From Promethearchaeota archaeon (GTDB lineage: Archaea; Asgardarchaeota; Lokiarchaeia; Sigyniarchaeales; SOKP01): a stretch of 64,000 bases of DNA. Location: positions 32,001 through 96,000 of the forward strand of contig JAHPZE010000006.1 in NCBI GenBank assembly GCA_019058365.1, in the 5' to 3' direction. Position 1 is the first letter of the stretch, and each line of letters begins with the position of its first letter. The translations under genes and the position numbers were made by a program. Below the pieces are notes generated by a model, which was given only the letters and a program-made list of their open reading frames with translations, was not told where the DNA came from and did no database searches. This document shows, piece by piece, positions 29,874-40,237 of this stretch.

Positions 29874-31106
29874 ATGAATGATTCAAAATATATCTATCTT
29901 GATAATGCTGCGACGACTCCAATGGATCCAAGAGTTATTGAAGAGGTTACTAAACACTTTAGAGAGACTTATGGAAATTCTTCGAGCTTGCACTCAGTTG
30001 GGCAAAAAGCAGGGCAAGTATTGTTAAAATCACGCGAAACTATTGCATCATTAATTAATGCGAATAGAGATGATATCTTTTTCACTTCATCAGGAACAGA
30101 GGCAGATAATATTGCTATTTTTGGTGTTTCTTCAAAAAGTAAAGAAAGAGGAAATCATATAATTACAACTTCAATTGAGCATCATGCAGTAGAAAACCCA
30201 TATAAAGAATTAGAGAAAAAAGGATTTGAAATTAGTTTTTTACCGGTTGATAAATATGGATTAATTGATCTAAAAGATTTAGAGGGTGCAATTAATGATA
30301 AAACTATCCTAATTAGTATAATGTTTGCTAACAACGAAATTGGAACAATTGAACCAATTAAAGAAATTGGCGCAATAGCGAAAAAACATGATGTTATATT
30401 TCATACTGATGCTGTTCAAGCATTCGGAAAAGTTCCAATCGACGTAAATGAGATGAACATTGATTTGTTATCTGCAGCCGCTCATAAACTTTATGGACCT
30501 AAAGGTGTAGGTATGTTATATATTCGTAATCAAGGAGTAAGAGAAGGTTGGGGTAAATATATTGCACCTATAATGTATGGTGGAGGTCATGAAAGGGAGA
30601 TAAGACCAAGTACGGTAAATGTCCCTGGTATTGCTGGTTTTGCAAAAGCCGTAGAAATCGCAAAGGAAGAAATGGAAAAAGAAATGGAGAGACAAATTAG
30701 ATTAAGGGATAGAATTATAAATTTTGCAACTACAAATATCGAAGATTGTTATTTAAGTGGACATCCTACTCAAAGACTGCCAAATAATATAAATTTAGGT
30801 TTTAAATATATAGAAGGAGAATCAATTGTATTAGATTTGGATGTGGAAGGAATTGCAACATCTACAGGTTCTGCATGTTCATCAAAGTCACTAGATCCTA
30901 GTCATGTATTGCTAGCAATAGGCTTAAAACCAGAGGACGCTCATGGTTCATTGAGAGTTTCAATAGGTAGGTTTACAACTGAGGGAGATATTGATTATCT
31001 CCTCGAGAAATTACCCTTTGTAATAGAGAGATTACGAAAAATATCCCCTCTTAAAAAGGGAGTCAAATATATATTTGATGAAACAGCAATAAATCATCAT
31101 CATTAA
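29874..31106 (+). CDS. iscS: Cysteine desulfurase (IscS/NifS, group I)
   Basis: YLDNAATT, TSSGTE, HTDAVQ, HKLYGPKG, STGSACSS. Confidence 0.95.
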   Translation: MNDSKYIYLDNAATTPMDPRVIEEVTKHFRETYGNSSSLHSVGQKAGQVLLKSRETIASLINANRDDIFFTSSGTEADNIAIFGVSSKSKERGNHIITTSIEHHAVENPYKELEKKGFEISFLPVDKYGLIDLKDLEGAINDKTILISIMFANNEIGTIEPIKEIGAIAKKHDVIFHTDAVQAFGKVPIDVNEMNIDLLSAAAHKLYGPKGVGMLYIRNQGVREGWGKYIAPIMYGGGHEREIRPSTVNVPGIAGFAKAVEIAKEEMEKEMERQIRLRDRIINFATTNIEDCYLSGHPTQRLPNNINLGFKYIEGESIVLDLDVEGIATSTGSACSSKSLDPSHVLLAIGLKPEDAHGSLRVSIGRFTTEGDIDYLLEKLPFVIERLRKISPLKKGVKYIFDETAINHHH

Positions 31107-31142
31107 CTACTTTTCTCAAAGAATTATTAGAAATTAGGAAAA

Positions 31143-31889
31143 CTAACGATATATTTCATCAGGGGGTTCGGTCTCTATTATTGTATAATTTCCACTACTC
31201 CAAGAATTAATAGTTCCAGACCAATTTGGAAATAAACTAAATCTCGGTCTTAGGTAAATTTTAACCCAATCATGGGGAGCGATCATAACATGCCTTGCTA
31301 ATTCCATTTCCCAAAATTCTGATTTGAAAAGATAATGTTCGACCACTAATATAAATGGTGCATTACCAAACCCTTCCCAAACGGTACTCTCATTAATTTT
31401 AAAATTCGGATGATTACTGGATAAATAATTGACAAAAACTTCTCTCATTGATTCGATTGTGGGTGAAATATTTGATGTCCAGTTTATCACCTGCACTTTT
31501 GCATAATCTTTTTTGGAGATCCTTCCACTGCTAGCTACTGCTTCAACTTCAATTATATTATTGAGATGAGTTATATTAGGATATAAAAATACTTCAACTA
31601 TCTTTTTTAATGGCTCATTTTCCCAAATTTTATATTCTAATTCAATCGATATGTTAGTTTTTATCGATATAGATAAATTAGACATTAATTCATTGCTGTT
31701 GGTTCTTATATCTAAAAGCAACCATGCTGAATGATTTGAATATGATTTCATTTCTTTAGGCATAAATTCAATTTGGAGGTTTTTTTGTCCTGGCGTATTG
31801 AAAATTATAAAAAAAACAATTGGCATTGAAGCTATAATCAACGTAATTCCCACTATAGACGCAATCGTAAACTTTTTATTCCTTTTCAT
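31143..31889 (-). CDS. Membrane-anchored hypothetical protein
   Basis: Basic N-terminus, hydrophobic anchor, globular remainder with several N-x-S/T sequons. Confidence 0.6.
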   Translation of the reverse strand: MKRNKKFTIASIVGITLIIASMPIVFFIIFNTPGQKNLQIEFMPKEMKSYSNHSAWLLLDIRTNSNELMSNLSISIKTNISIELEYKIWENEPLKKIVEVFLYPNITHLNNIIEVEAVASSGRISKKDYAKVQVINWTSNISPTIESMREVFVNYLSSNHPNFKINESTVWEGFGNAPFILVVEHYLFKSEFWEMELARHVMIAPHDWVKIYLRPRFSLFPNWSGTINSWSSGNYTIIETEPPDEIYR

Positions 31890-31895
31890 AACAGC

Positions 31896-33212
31896 TCAAC
31901 TAAAAAAAAACGATAATAAGGCTAAATATCCAATAGATAAAATAATATGAATTATAGCAAATGTAGCACCAACTTTCAATAATCTTTTAAAATTTAGATT
32001 TTCAACATCATTATTTTGAGCAATTTTAAGTGTCATTACATCACAAGCTGCTCCTTGGGGTATAAGGTTTCCACCAATATTTACTGCTATAATTAACGAA
32101 TAATATAAAGGGATTGAAGGAAATCCAAAGCCAGTGGGGATAGGAGCTACCAACAAATTTACGATTGGAATAAAAACTAATGCTGTAGGAGTATTAGCAA
32201 CAAATCCTGACACAAAACTAACAAGGACCAATATAATTAAACTTACTAGGAAAGGATTTAAATTTTGAAACGGGATTCCTTTAAAAAGTTCATCAAAACC
32301 AGCTACTACTAAACAGCCAACAACAACGTATAATGAAATAAAGAAAAATATGATTTCCCATTCAATATCTTTTAAAAATTCACCCATTTTTTTTTTAGTA
32401 AATTTTTTATTAATTAATACTAATAAAAATGCTGAAAATGCTGCTGTTAAATAAAGAAATGGTAGAATTGCAAAAAGAACTATAGTAACAATTATTGCAA
32501 TACTATTAAAATAAAACATTCTTTTATCTGATATCATTACTTTAGCATCTACTAAATCCAAAACGTATTTTTTTTGAATATCTTCTATTTCTGGTTCTTT
32601 ACTCAATTGGAATTTATCTAATAAAAAAACTGTTATGAATAAAAGGAAAAAAGAAAATACCCAATAGTAGGTTATGAAATAAACAGTATCTAGATTAAAT
32701 GCAGCGGAGATAATAATATTTTCTCCACTAGAGAATGGAGTTATAATTGATCCTATATTTATACAAATTGTCATTCCTAATAAATAAGTCCCTGCTCTTA
32801 TTTTTAAAAAACGACATAAACGTATTACTACTGGTGCTAATATTAATACAACAACAACATCACTAATAATAGATGCTAAAATAGTTGTAATAAAACATAA
32901 TAAATAAAAGAATATTTTTCTATTTCCCTTTGAAATTTTAAAAAGTTTTACGGCTAAAAATTCTAAAATATTCGAATCTTGTGCGATTTTAGTGATAATG
33001 CTCATACACAAGATAACTATTATGGCTTCAAATTCAATAAATGATACAAAAGTAGATATTGTTAAACCCTTCGTTATACCAGTAATTGTGCCAGCTGTAA
33101 AACAGCATAATAAAGAAATAGTTACAAAATCTAATTTCTTTGACGAATAACTAATTAATATAATAATAAAAATAATAAATATTACAATAAGGAGCCATGG
33201 ATCTTCCAACAT
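31896..33212 (-). CDS. ArsB/NhaD/CitMHS (IT superfamily) ion transporter
   Basis: About 11-12 TM; NIGSIITPFSSGEN, SGFVANTP, NIGGNLIPQGAA. Confidence 0.85.
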   Translation of the reverse strand: MLEDPWLLIVIFIIFIIILISYSSKKLDFVTISLLCCFTAGTITGITKGLTISTFVSFIEFEAIIVILCMSIITKIAQDSNILEFLAVKLFKISKGNRKIFFYLLCFITTILASIISDVVVVLILAPVVIRLCRFLKIRAGTYLLGMTICINIGSIITPFSSGENIIISAAFNLDTVYFITYYWVFSFFLLFITVFLLDKFQLSKEPEIEDIQKKYVLDLVDAKVMISDKRMFYFNSIAIIVTIVLFAILPFLYLTAAFSAFLLVLINKKFTKKKMGEFLKDIEWEIIFFFISLYVVVGCLVVAGFDELFKGIPFQNLNPFLVSLIILVLVSFVSGFVANTPTALVFIPIVNLLVAPIPTGFGFPSIPLYYSLIIAVNIGGNLIPQGAACDVMTLKIAQNNDVENLNFKRLLKVGATFAIIHIILSIGYLALLSFFFS

Positions 33213-33328
33213 AGTTAATTATAAAGGAATTTATTTATAAAATAATTTTTTTAAAGCTAATTAATAATTTAAATTTGATTAATTATTTGCTGCTTATTCC
33301 TTCTTTTTCAAAATGGAAAGTAAGAACT

Positions 33329-33370
33329 ATTTAAATTAAATGAATTGCAATTTAAATTAAATGAATTGTA
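33329..33370. repeat. 21-bp tandem direct repeat in a divergent promoter region
   Basis: ATTTAAATTAAATGAATTGCA (33329-33349) followed by ATTTAAATTAAATGAATTGTA (33350-33370). Confidence 0.8.
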
Positions 33371-33415
33371 GATAATATAATAATTTCGAATTTTCTTAAA
33401 AAGAGAGTATGCATT

Positions 33416-34525
33416 TTGAATGGTGAAGTAATTTTTTTACATTTAAGAGATGTAGGGCGTAGTATTGATTTGAAAAGAGCAATTACAATAATTCCTGCAA
33501 TTCAAGATAAAAAAATTGTCAAGACAAAAGACACACCTTCATACGTGGATTTTCCAGACCCTTTAGTTTTAGAGGTTACTCAGAAGATATCCTCGGAATT
33601 AAAAAATATTGAAAGTATAACTCTCTTTGTTAAAGTATATGCAGAAGGTGTAATATCCTTAATTGCTAGACTTACCTTTCAAAATTTATCTTTTAAGGAA
33701 CTGCATAAATTGAGGAAAATTAACTTTCATACTTCTGATGGAAATTTTCAAATAACTAATTTTTTAGAATATCATAGTAATAAAATTTTTGAACAAATAC
33801 GAGATTGCATAAGCGAAGCGAGTTCTATATTTGAAGAATCAGAATATGAAAAATATACATTATTTTGTATAACTGATGATCTAGAGAACCCTAAAGGTTT
33901 TATTGAAAAAGAAAGAACCTATATATCATCTTTACTTATGGGAGAAAACCCAGAATTAAAACTTAGCCAAGATCAAATCAATAAAACAGTTGAATATACT
34001 TTTTCATTTTTAAATAATGATTTAATCATTTTTGATTTTGACAGATGTTTAATTATTGATCCAAATTGTGATTATGAAGATATTTTACTTGTTGTTGAGA
34101 TAGTTAATTATCAATTACTCGAATTACGTACTTTAGATAAAATCTTAGATAAAAGGCTAACAATAGCAGAAGAAGATATCCGTAAATTTTATTTTAAAAG
34201 TCAAAGCATATTTAGAAGATTTAAAAGAAAAGTTGGACGTTTAATTCAATTAAGATATGATTTATTATTTTTATTAGAAAATATTGAAAATGTCTCAAAA
34301 TTGATTGGAGATTATTATTTAGCCGGGATTTATACATATTTAGCGGATTTATTTCAACTAAAAGAATGGAGTAATAGTATAAGGCATCGCCTTGAAACAT
34401 TAGAAAATATTTATAATATCACACAGACCAATATTAATGAAAAATTTTTGCTTTATATAGAAATTCTACTTAGTTTTATTTTTATAATGGAATTTATACT
34501 ACTCTTGATTAATTACTTTTTATAA
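33416..34525 (+). CDS. Hypothetical protein, DUF155/RMD1-like with C-terminal TM
   Basis: QLLELRTLD, IGDYYLA.IY, W...I..RL..L and a C-terminal hydrophobic helix. Confidence 0.55.
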   Translation: MNGEVIFLHLRDVGRSIDLKRAITIIPAIQDKKIVKTKDTPSYVDFPDPLVLEVTQKISSELKNIESITLFVKVYAEGVISLIARLTFQNLSFKELHKLRKINFHTSDGNFQITNFLEYHSNKIFEQIRDCISEASSIFEESEYEKYTLFCITDDLENPKGFIEKERTYISSLLMGENPELKLSQDQINKTVEYTFSFLNNDLIIFDFDRCLIIDPNCDYEDILLVVEIVNYQLLELRTLDKILDKRLTIAEEDIRKFYFKSQSIFRRFKRKVGRLIQLRYDLLFLLENIENVSKLIGDYYLAGIYTYLADLFQLKEWSNSIRHRLETLENIYNITQTNINEKFLLYIEILLSFIFIMEFILLLINYFL

Positions 34526-34554
34526 TTTCTAGATATCCTTATTTATAACTCAAC

Positions 34555-35766
34555 TTACAAGAAAATGTCTGATGCGGGAAAATCCTCTGTCTTTTTTGAC
34601 ATGATTTTTTCTATGGCCATGATAAAATCTTCACCCGAAATAATTTCAGAATTTCTTCTAATGGCATACATTCCTGCTTCTGTACAAATACCTTTAATGT
34701 CAGAACCTGTTGCACCTTGAGTATGAGCACTTAAATAATTTATTTCAATATTTTCTTCAATATGCAGATTTCTCATATGAACTCTAAAGATTGCTTCTCT
34801 GGCTTTTTCATTAGGAATGGGAAATTCTACTATTCGATCAAATCGACCCGGTCTTAATAAAGCTGGATCCAATATATCTGATCTATTTGTTGCCCCTATA
34901 AATTTTATGTCACCTCTTTGATCAAACCCGTCTAATTCACTTAATAGTTGCATTAATGTTCTATTTACTTCTCTATCACCTGAAGTATCATCTTGCATCC
35001 TAACAGCACCTATTGCGTCTAATTCATCTATAAACAAGATAGCAGGTGCTTTCTGTCTTGCTAAACTAAAAATTTCTCTGACATATTGAGCACCTTCACC
35101 TATGAATTTTTGAACTAATTCTGTTGCAACTACTTTAATAAATGTTGCATTTGTTTCATGAGCAACAGCTTTAGCTAGTAAAGTTTTCCCCGTTCCTGGT
35201 AAACCATAAAAAAGAACACCTTTAGGGGGTTCTATCCCAATCTTTTGGAATAATTCAGGTTTTTTCAATGGTAATTCTATTATCTCTTTAACTTCTTGAA
35301 TTTGATACTCTAAACCTCCTATATCATCATAGGAAACGCCAGTTAGACTTTCTATTATTTCCATACCCCTAACAAATGGGTTAAAATTGGAAGGTAATAG
35401 TTCCATTACGGCATAATTTCTTTGATTTAAAGCAACATGTAAACCGGGTACAAGTTTCTCTTTTTGCAATCTATTGCTAATTCTAACAATAAAACTAGCG
35501 CTAGGTGAACTATCTACAACAGCACGGTCATTATTGTCATCTAATATATCAGTTATATGTCCCGATAATAATGGAAGTTCACTTAACCGATCAATTTCTT
35601 CACGTAAACTTTTTATTTCAAATTCTGCTTTTGTTAACCCATTATTTAATAAATTTATTTCGATTTTTCTTTCTTTTATTTTTTCTTCAAGATGCCGTAT
35701 ATATGAAGTTATTTTCTCAACGTTTTCTGGATCTTTTTTACCATTTTCAATTTCTGTAGCGGTCAT
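34555..35766 (-). CDS. pan: Proteasome-activating nucleotidase
   Basis: N-terminal coiled coil and OB domain, PPKGVL, GLPGTGKT, KFIGEGA, FIDELD, RPGRFDR; C-terminus DIFL. Confidence 0.93.
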   Translation of the reverse strand: MTATEIENGKKDPENVEKITSYIRHLEEKIKERKIEINLLNNGLTKAEFEIKSLREEIDRLSELPLLSGHITDILDDNNDRAVVDSSPSASFIVRISNRLQKEKLVPGLHVALNQRNYAVMELLPSNFNPFVRGMEIIESLTGVSYDDIGGLEYQIQEVKEIIELPLKKPELFQKIGIEPPKGVLFYGLPGTGKTLLAKAVAHETNATFIKVVATELVQKFIGEGAQYVREIFSLARQKAPAILFIDELDAIGAVRMQDDTSGDREVNRTLMQLLSELDGFDQRGDIKFIGATNRSDILDPALLRPGRFDRIVEFPIPNEKAREAIFRVHMRNLHIEENIEINYLSAHTQGATGSDIKGICTEAGMYAIRRNSEIISGEDFIMAIEKIMSKKTEDFPASDIFL

Positions 35767-35798
35767 TTTATTATAGGGCCATGATATTCTAATTATAA

Positions 35799-37733
35799 TT
35801 ATGTTAATCCAATTCTTTTAATAGCTACTTCTAAAATCTTTTTTAACATTTCCTGGTATGGTATATTTGCAAAATTACACATTTTTGCTAGATGACCATC
35901 CCAACACCAACCAGGATTAGGATTTACTTCTAAAAGCTTAGGATTTCCTGAATCATCTAAACGCCAATCAAATCGCGCATAATCTTGACATTCTAATCGT
36001 TCAAATAATTTAAGAGAACAATTTTCAATGATTTCAATAACGTCATGTGAAAGATTTGCAGGAATGGATTTAATATTCCAATAAGGAGAATCTGGTAACC
36101 ATTTTGCCTCATAACCACATATTTTTGGTAAATCTGAAGGCAAATTTGAATAATCTTCCTCGATTATGGGGAGAATAATAAAATTATCTGTTTGATTTCC
36201 GATAATTCCAACCGTGAGATCCTTACCAGTAAGAAATTGTTCAACTAAAACTGGTTTATCATAGCCAAAATTTTCACGAATCTCTGAAATTGCACTTAAT
36301 AATTCCTCTCCATCATTAACAACACTTCTCTGAGTAATTCCAAAACTAGAGTCTCCAAAATTTGGTTTTACAATTGCAGGAAAATATAAGGGTAAATCTA
36401 TTATTTTTTCTTCTGGTTTAATGAAAATAGCTTCAGGAACGGGAATCCCTAATTCTTTTGCAATACCTCGTACTAAGGATTTATCATAACAAAAGGCTAA
36501 ACATTGAGGTCCAGATCCTGTATATGGAAGTTTCAGAATTTCTAGTAAAGCGGGTATATGTAATTCTTTCCTAGCTTCATTGTAATAACCTTCATCACAC
36601 AAATTAAAAACAAAATCAACTTTTCCTTTCAAATTTAATAAATCTTGAATAAGAGTACTGTGATTATCTAAAAATGAAAAACTATAGTCATTAAGCTCCT
36701 TTAGTGCTGTTTTTAATTGAAATATCGTATAGAAATCATCATCATCGAATTTATTTAAGGGTTTAAGTACATCGGGTTTAGTGGGGTCTCCAAAAATAAC
36801 AACACTATTTCTCTTAGCTTTTTTTTCTTTCTTTTTAATCTCTGTCCATTCTTTTTTAACGATAGCGCTAACGATAATCCTTTTTTCCATCATGCCTAAA
36901 TCTTGATCTCGTTGAGACTCAGGAGTAATTGAACCATGGAATTTTACATCACTAAAACCTACGTTTTCTAATAACTCTGAAATTGTTCTTTTTGAGTATA
37001 ATCTTTCCGCATAAAACTGATCCACTAATACTCCTTTATTAACATGGGTTATTACTTCCCGTGAAATCAATTTTTGTTTATCTAAAGATAAAGATCTTTC
37101 TCGGCAAACGAAAAAATTCTTATCAATCCATTCCCATGAACGTGTTTGAAAATTTTGTTTAATGTAATTACCATCAGTTATATCTATTAATATTTTTCCC
37201 CATGGTTTTAAAACACGGAAAACTTCTTTTAATACAAGAAGATCATCATTAATTGATTCAAAATATCCAAAGCTATTACCTAAAATCATGACAAAATCAA
37301 ATGTATCTGGAGTATATTGTAGTTTTCTCGCATCACCTTCACGAAATTTGCATGAAACCCCACTTTTTTTAGCGTTTGATTTGGCTTTTTGAATTAGAAA
37401 TCTTGAACGATCTAATCCATATATATTTTTAAAATTATTATTAGCAAGTTCAATAGAATGTCTTCCTTGACCACAACAGAGATCGAGAATCTGATGTTCT
37501 GGTTGAAAATTCATTATTTTCAAAAAATAGTTCACTTCAAATTCAGTAATTTTTTGATCTTCTACTACATCCCCATCTGTTTTTAGATAATAGGAGTTAA
37601 ATATCCTTTTCCACCAATCTTTTTTGACATATTCTTCTAAGTCAACAACAGGACCAAGACATTTGGATGAATTTTTTTCTTTACTTTCAAAATTTCTTTT
37701 TTTATTATTTATGCTTTCTGCTTGAGAATTCAT
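35799..37733 (-). CDS. Class I SAM methyltransferase fused to a D-Ala-D-Ala-ligase-like ATP-grasp domain
   Basis: LDLCCGQGRH, GNSFGYF; then FNLCDEG, YTGS, IVKP, SSFGI, YEAKW, RFDWR, LEVNPNP. Confidence 0.85.
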   Translation of the reverse strand: MNSQAESINNKKRNFESKEKNSSKCLGPVVDLEEYVKKDWWKRIFNSYYLKTDGDVVEDQKITEFEVNYFLKIMNFQPEHQILDLCCGQGRHSIELANNNFKNIYGLDRSRFLIQKAKSNAKKSGVSCKFREGDARKLQYTPDTFDFVMILGNSFGYFESINDDLLVLKEVFRVLKPWGKILIDITDGNYIKQNFQTRSWEWIDKNFFVCRERSLSLDKQKLISREVITHVNKGVLVDQFYAERLYSKRTISELLENVGFSDVKFHGSITPESQRDQDLGMMEKRIIVSAIVKKEWTEIKKKEKKAKRNSVVIFGDPTKPDVLKPLNKFDDDDFYTIFQLKTALKELNDYSFSFLDNHSTLIQDLLNLKGKVDFVFNLCDEGYYNEARKELHIPALLEILKLPYTGSGPQCLAFCYDKSLVRGIAKELGIPVPEAIFIKPEEKIIDLPLYFPAIVKPNFGDSSFGITQRSVVNDGEELLSAISEIRENFGYDKPVLVEQFLTGKDLTVGIIGNQTDNFIILPIIEEDYSNLPSDLPKICGYEAKWLPDSPYWNIKSIPANLSHDVIEIIENCSLKLFERLECQDYARFDWRLDDSGNPKLLEVNPNPGWCWDGHLAKMCNFANIPYQEMLKKILEVAIKRIGLT

Positions 37734-38566
37734 TATGGTCTTACAATTGGTATTTTAATTTTGATAAAATCTGAAGAAAATAAAGACTTTTTACCTTGAA
37801 TGAAGTTTTTAAGAATTTTATATATTTAATAAAAAGAGTTACACAAAGATTAATCCTTTTTAAAATTTCAATTTTAATATTATATATCATCTATTATTTA
37901 ATCGATTATCCTTAATATGTTATTTAGATTTAATTTTACTTCATTCTATTAAAAATTTATATTTGAAATTAAATATAAATTAATTCATTTAAAAACTTTT
38001 CTCTTAGATTTTTGCCCTCCAAGGCATATTTTAATTAGATTAGATATTATGTAATTAATAAATTAGTTCTTCAATCTTAGAAATCGGATATAAAATTAAT
38101 TTAATGAGATAAATGTGAGTTTAATTTAACACCTTCTCCTCTTTTATTATGCATTTTGGGATATTAGGTGTTTTCTCTAATAATGACTTTTTATTTACTT
38201 TCAAAAGTGATTATTTTACATAAGAGATGATTTTACATTTTGAATTTAGAGAAGAAAATAAAAAATTACTCGATTTTATAATAGATTCTAAAAAGATATT
38301 AAATTTTTAGAATCCAATCAAGAACTATAATTAATTTTTAATTAAAGGAAACAGCATTATTTTATGTATGATAAAAATTAACTGTTATAGTTGCTAAAAG
38401 TAGGCATAATGAATTTTAAATATTTAACAATCTCAATTAATCTTCTTAATTTTAATTATTGTTATTAAAATTAAAAAACTTTATATATTCAATAAGTCTT
38501 TTATCGTAATTGAAAATATATCATTATTTTAATCTATTATAAATATTAAAAAAAGAGGTTAAAATC

Positions 38567-38734
38567 ATGAATACAAAACGAAAAGTTGGAAAGAAAAAAT
38601 TCGAGGAAGAAGATGATTGGGATGAGGACGTAGAATATGATGATAATGAAGGCTGGGATGAAGATTGGGGAGATTATCAAGACTTAGATGAAAATTGGGA
38701 AGATTTTCAAGACTTAAAAGAAAACTTTTTCTAA
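38567..38734 (+). CDS. Small (55 aa) basic-then-acidic Trp-repeat protein, absent from ORF track
   Basis: MNTKRKVGKKKFEEEDDWDEDVEYDDNEGWDEDWGDYQDLDENWEDFQDLKENFF; GAGGT SD upstream; purine-rich coding-like composition. Confidence 0.75.
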   Translation: MNTKRKVGKKKFEEEDDWDEDVEYDDNEGWDEDWGDYQDLDENWEDFQDLKENFF

Positions 38735-38833
38735 TTGGCTTCAGAATGACGTTATATCTAATTAGATTAATCTATAATATACGAAATGCTTAATTGATCC
38801 CAATTTTTTTGATAAATGATTTAATAAACTAAA

Positions 38834-39514
38834 ATGTTAAATTTAAATAAGAAAATGAAAAAACGAAATTACTTAGCAATTCTAATATTAATCGGCGGAA
38901 AGAGTACTCGTTTTGGTACTGAAAAAGCGATTATTGAGATATATGGTAAACCTTTAATCTTACATCAATTAGAAATTTTAGCTAAAATTGATCAAGATAT
39001 CTTTTTAGTCGCTCATTCTGAAGAACAAATATATAAGTATCAAAAACAAATAAATTTTCCAAAAAATACTAATTTTATAGTAGACGATAGAGATATTTTT
39101 GAATATCCCAAAATTTTCAAACCAATGTTAGGTATATATTCTGGATTTAAAGAATTGAATAGATTAGGCTTTGAAAAAGCATTTGTGTTATCTTGTGATA
39201 TGCCTCTCATTAATCCCGATGTAATTAATTTAATGATAAATGAGTCTGAGGAATTTGAATGTTGTATCCCCAGATGGAGTAATGGCTTTTTAGAGTTGTT
39301 TTTTGCTATTTATCCGGTCGGGAAAGGATATCTAAAAGCCAAAGAAATTCTGATAACTGAAAATTATGGATTAATAAATTTCGTTGATAAGAATTGGAAA
39401 ATAAATTATGTTTCAGTAGAAAACACTATTCAACCTTTAGATAAAAATTTATCAAGTTTGATAAATATTAATGGACCAATAGATATTGATAAATTAATAA
39501 AATTAAATAAATAA
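38834..39514 (+). CDS. mobA: Molybdenum cofactor guanylyltransferase
   Basis: LIGGKSTRFG.EKA, PMLGIYSG, SCDMP, ININ. Confidence 0.85.
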   Translation: MLNLNKKMKKRNYLAILILIGGKSTRFGTEKAIIEIYGKPLILHQLEILAKIDQDIFLVAHSEEQIYKYQKQINFPKNTNFIVDDRDIFEYPKIFKPMLGIYSGFKELNRLGFEKAFVLSCDMPLINPDVINLMINESEEFECCIPRWSNGFLELFFAIYPVGKGYLKAKEILITENYGLINFVDKNWKINYVSVENTIQPLDKNLSSLININGPIDIDKLIKLNK

Positions 39515-39556
39515 TGCTTGAATTTATAAAAAAAAATTTAAAACTGGGTTAGTATA

Positions 39557-39961
39557 ATGAGTGGAAATGACTACAAATACTGTAAATTGGAAAATGACGT
39601 TATTTATATAAAAGAGAATTTTAAGAAAAAAGGAAAAGAATATGGCATTGTGAAATTAAATAAAAAACAAATTAATGCACTAACAGAATGTATAAATTTA
39701 CAATCCGTAGCAGCATTAGTTTCTCCAAGATTTAGTCAAAGAATAGAACATTTTCTACTACCTCGAATTGATGAAATTAGTAGAATAGTATATGAATTAA
39801 AGCCATTTCCTGATGAATTGGGAATTGAAATGTCAAAAGAAAATTATTCAGATATTCTTAAAGGACTTAATCTTGGTAGTGTTATTAAAGGCTTAAGAGA
39901 TAGAGGTTATTCTGTAGAGGAATTAAATACAGCACTCAAAAAAATCAAATTTTATAAGTAA
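39557..39961 (+). CDS. Hypothetical protein
   Basis: 134 aa ORF, co-oriented with mobA. Confidence 0.5.
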   Translation: MSGNDYKYCKLENDVIYIKENFKKKGKEYGIVKLNKKQINALTECINLQSVAALVSPRFSQRIEHFLLPRIDEISRIVYELKPFPDELGIEMSKENYSDILKGLNLGSVIKGLRDRGYSVEELNTALKKIKFYK

Positions 39962-40237
39962 ATTAAGTTTTTTAGATTCTCAAATTTTTTTTTTTCAATA
40001 CATATCTTTATCATAAAATAATTTAAACATTTCTTATCTACGCAACAAAAATTATCAAAAAGTAATAGAAATCTAAAATTTCTAGAATATCGATTAACTA
40101 AATTGTTTAAATTTATAGTTCAATATTTCTAAAAAATGAAAATAATAGATAAGTTTATTAAGCTGATACTCTAGTTAGAATATTCAACGGAGTAATATAT
40201 TTAAAATTATTAAAATCTTTAAAAAGTGATATTGTAA

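Noticed and set aside
37734-38566. About 830-bp AT-rich intergenic region as a replication origin or ncRNA
   Set aside because: No ORB-like repeats, no adjacent cdc6/orc1, no GC-rich structured segment; only sub-30-codon ORFs seen.
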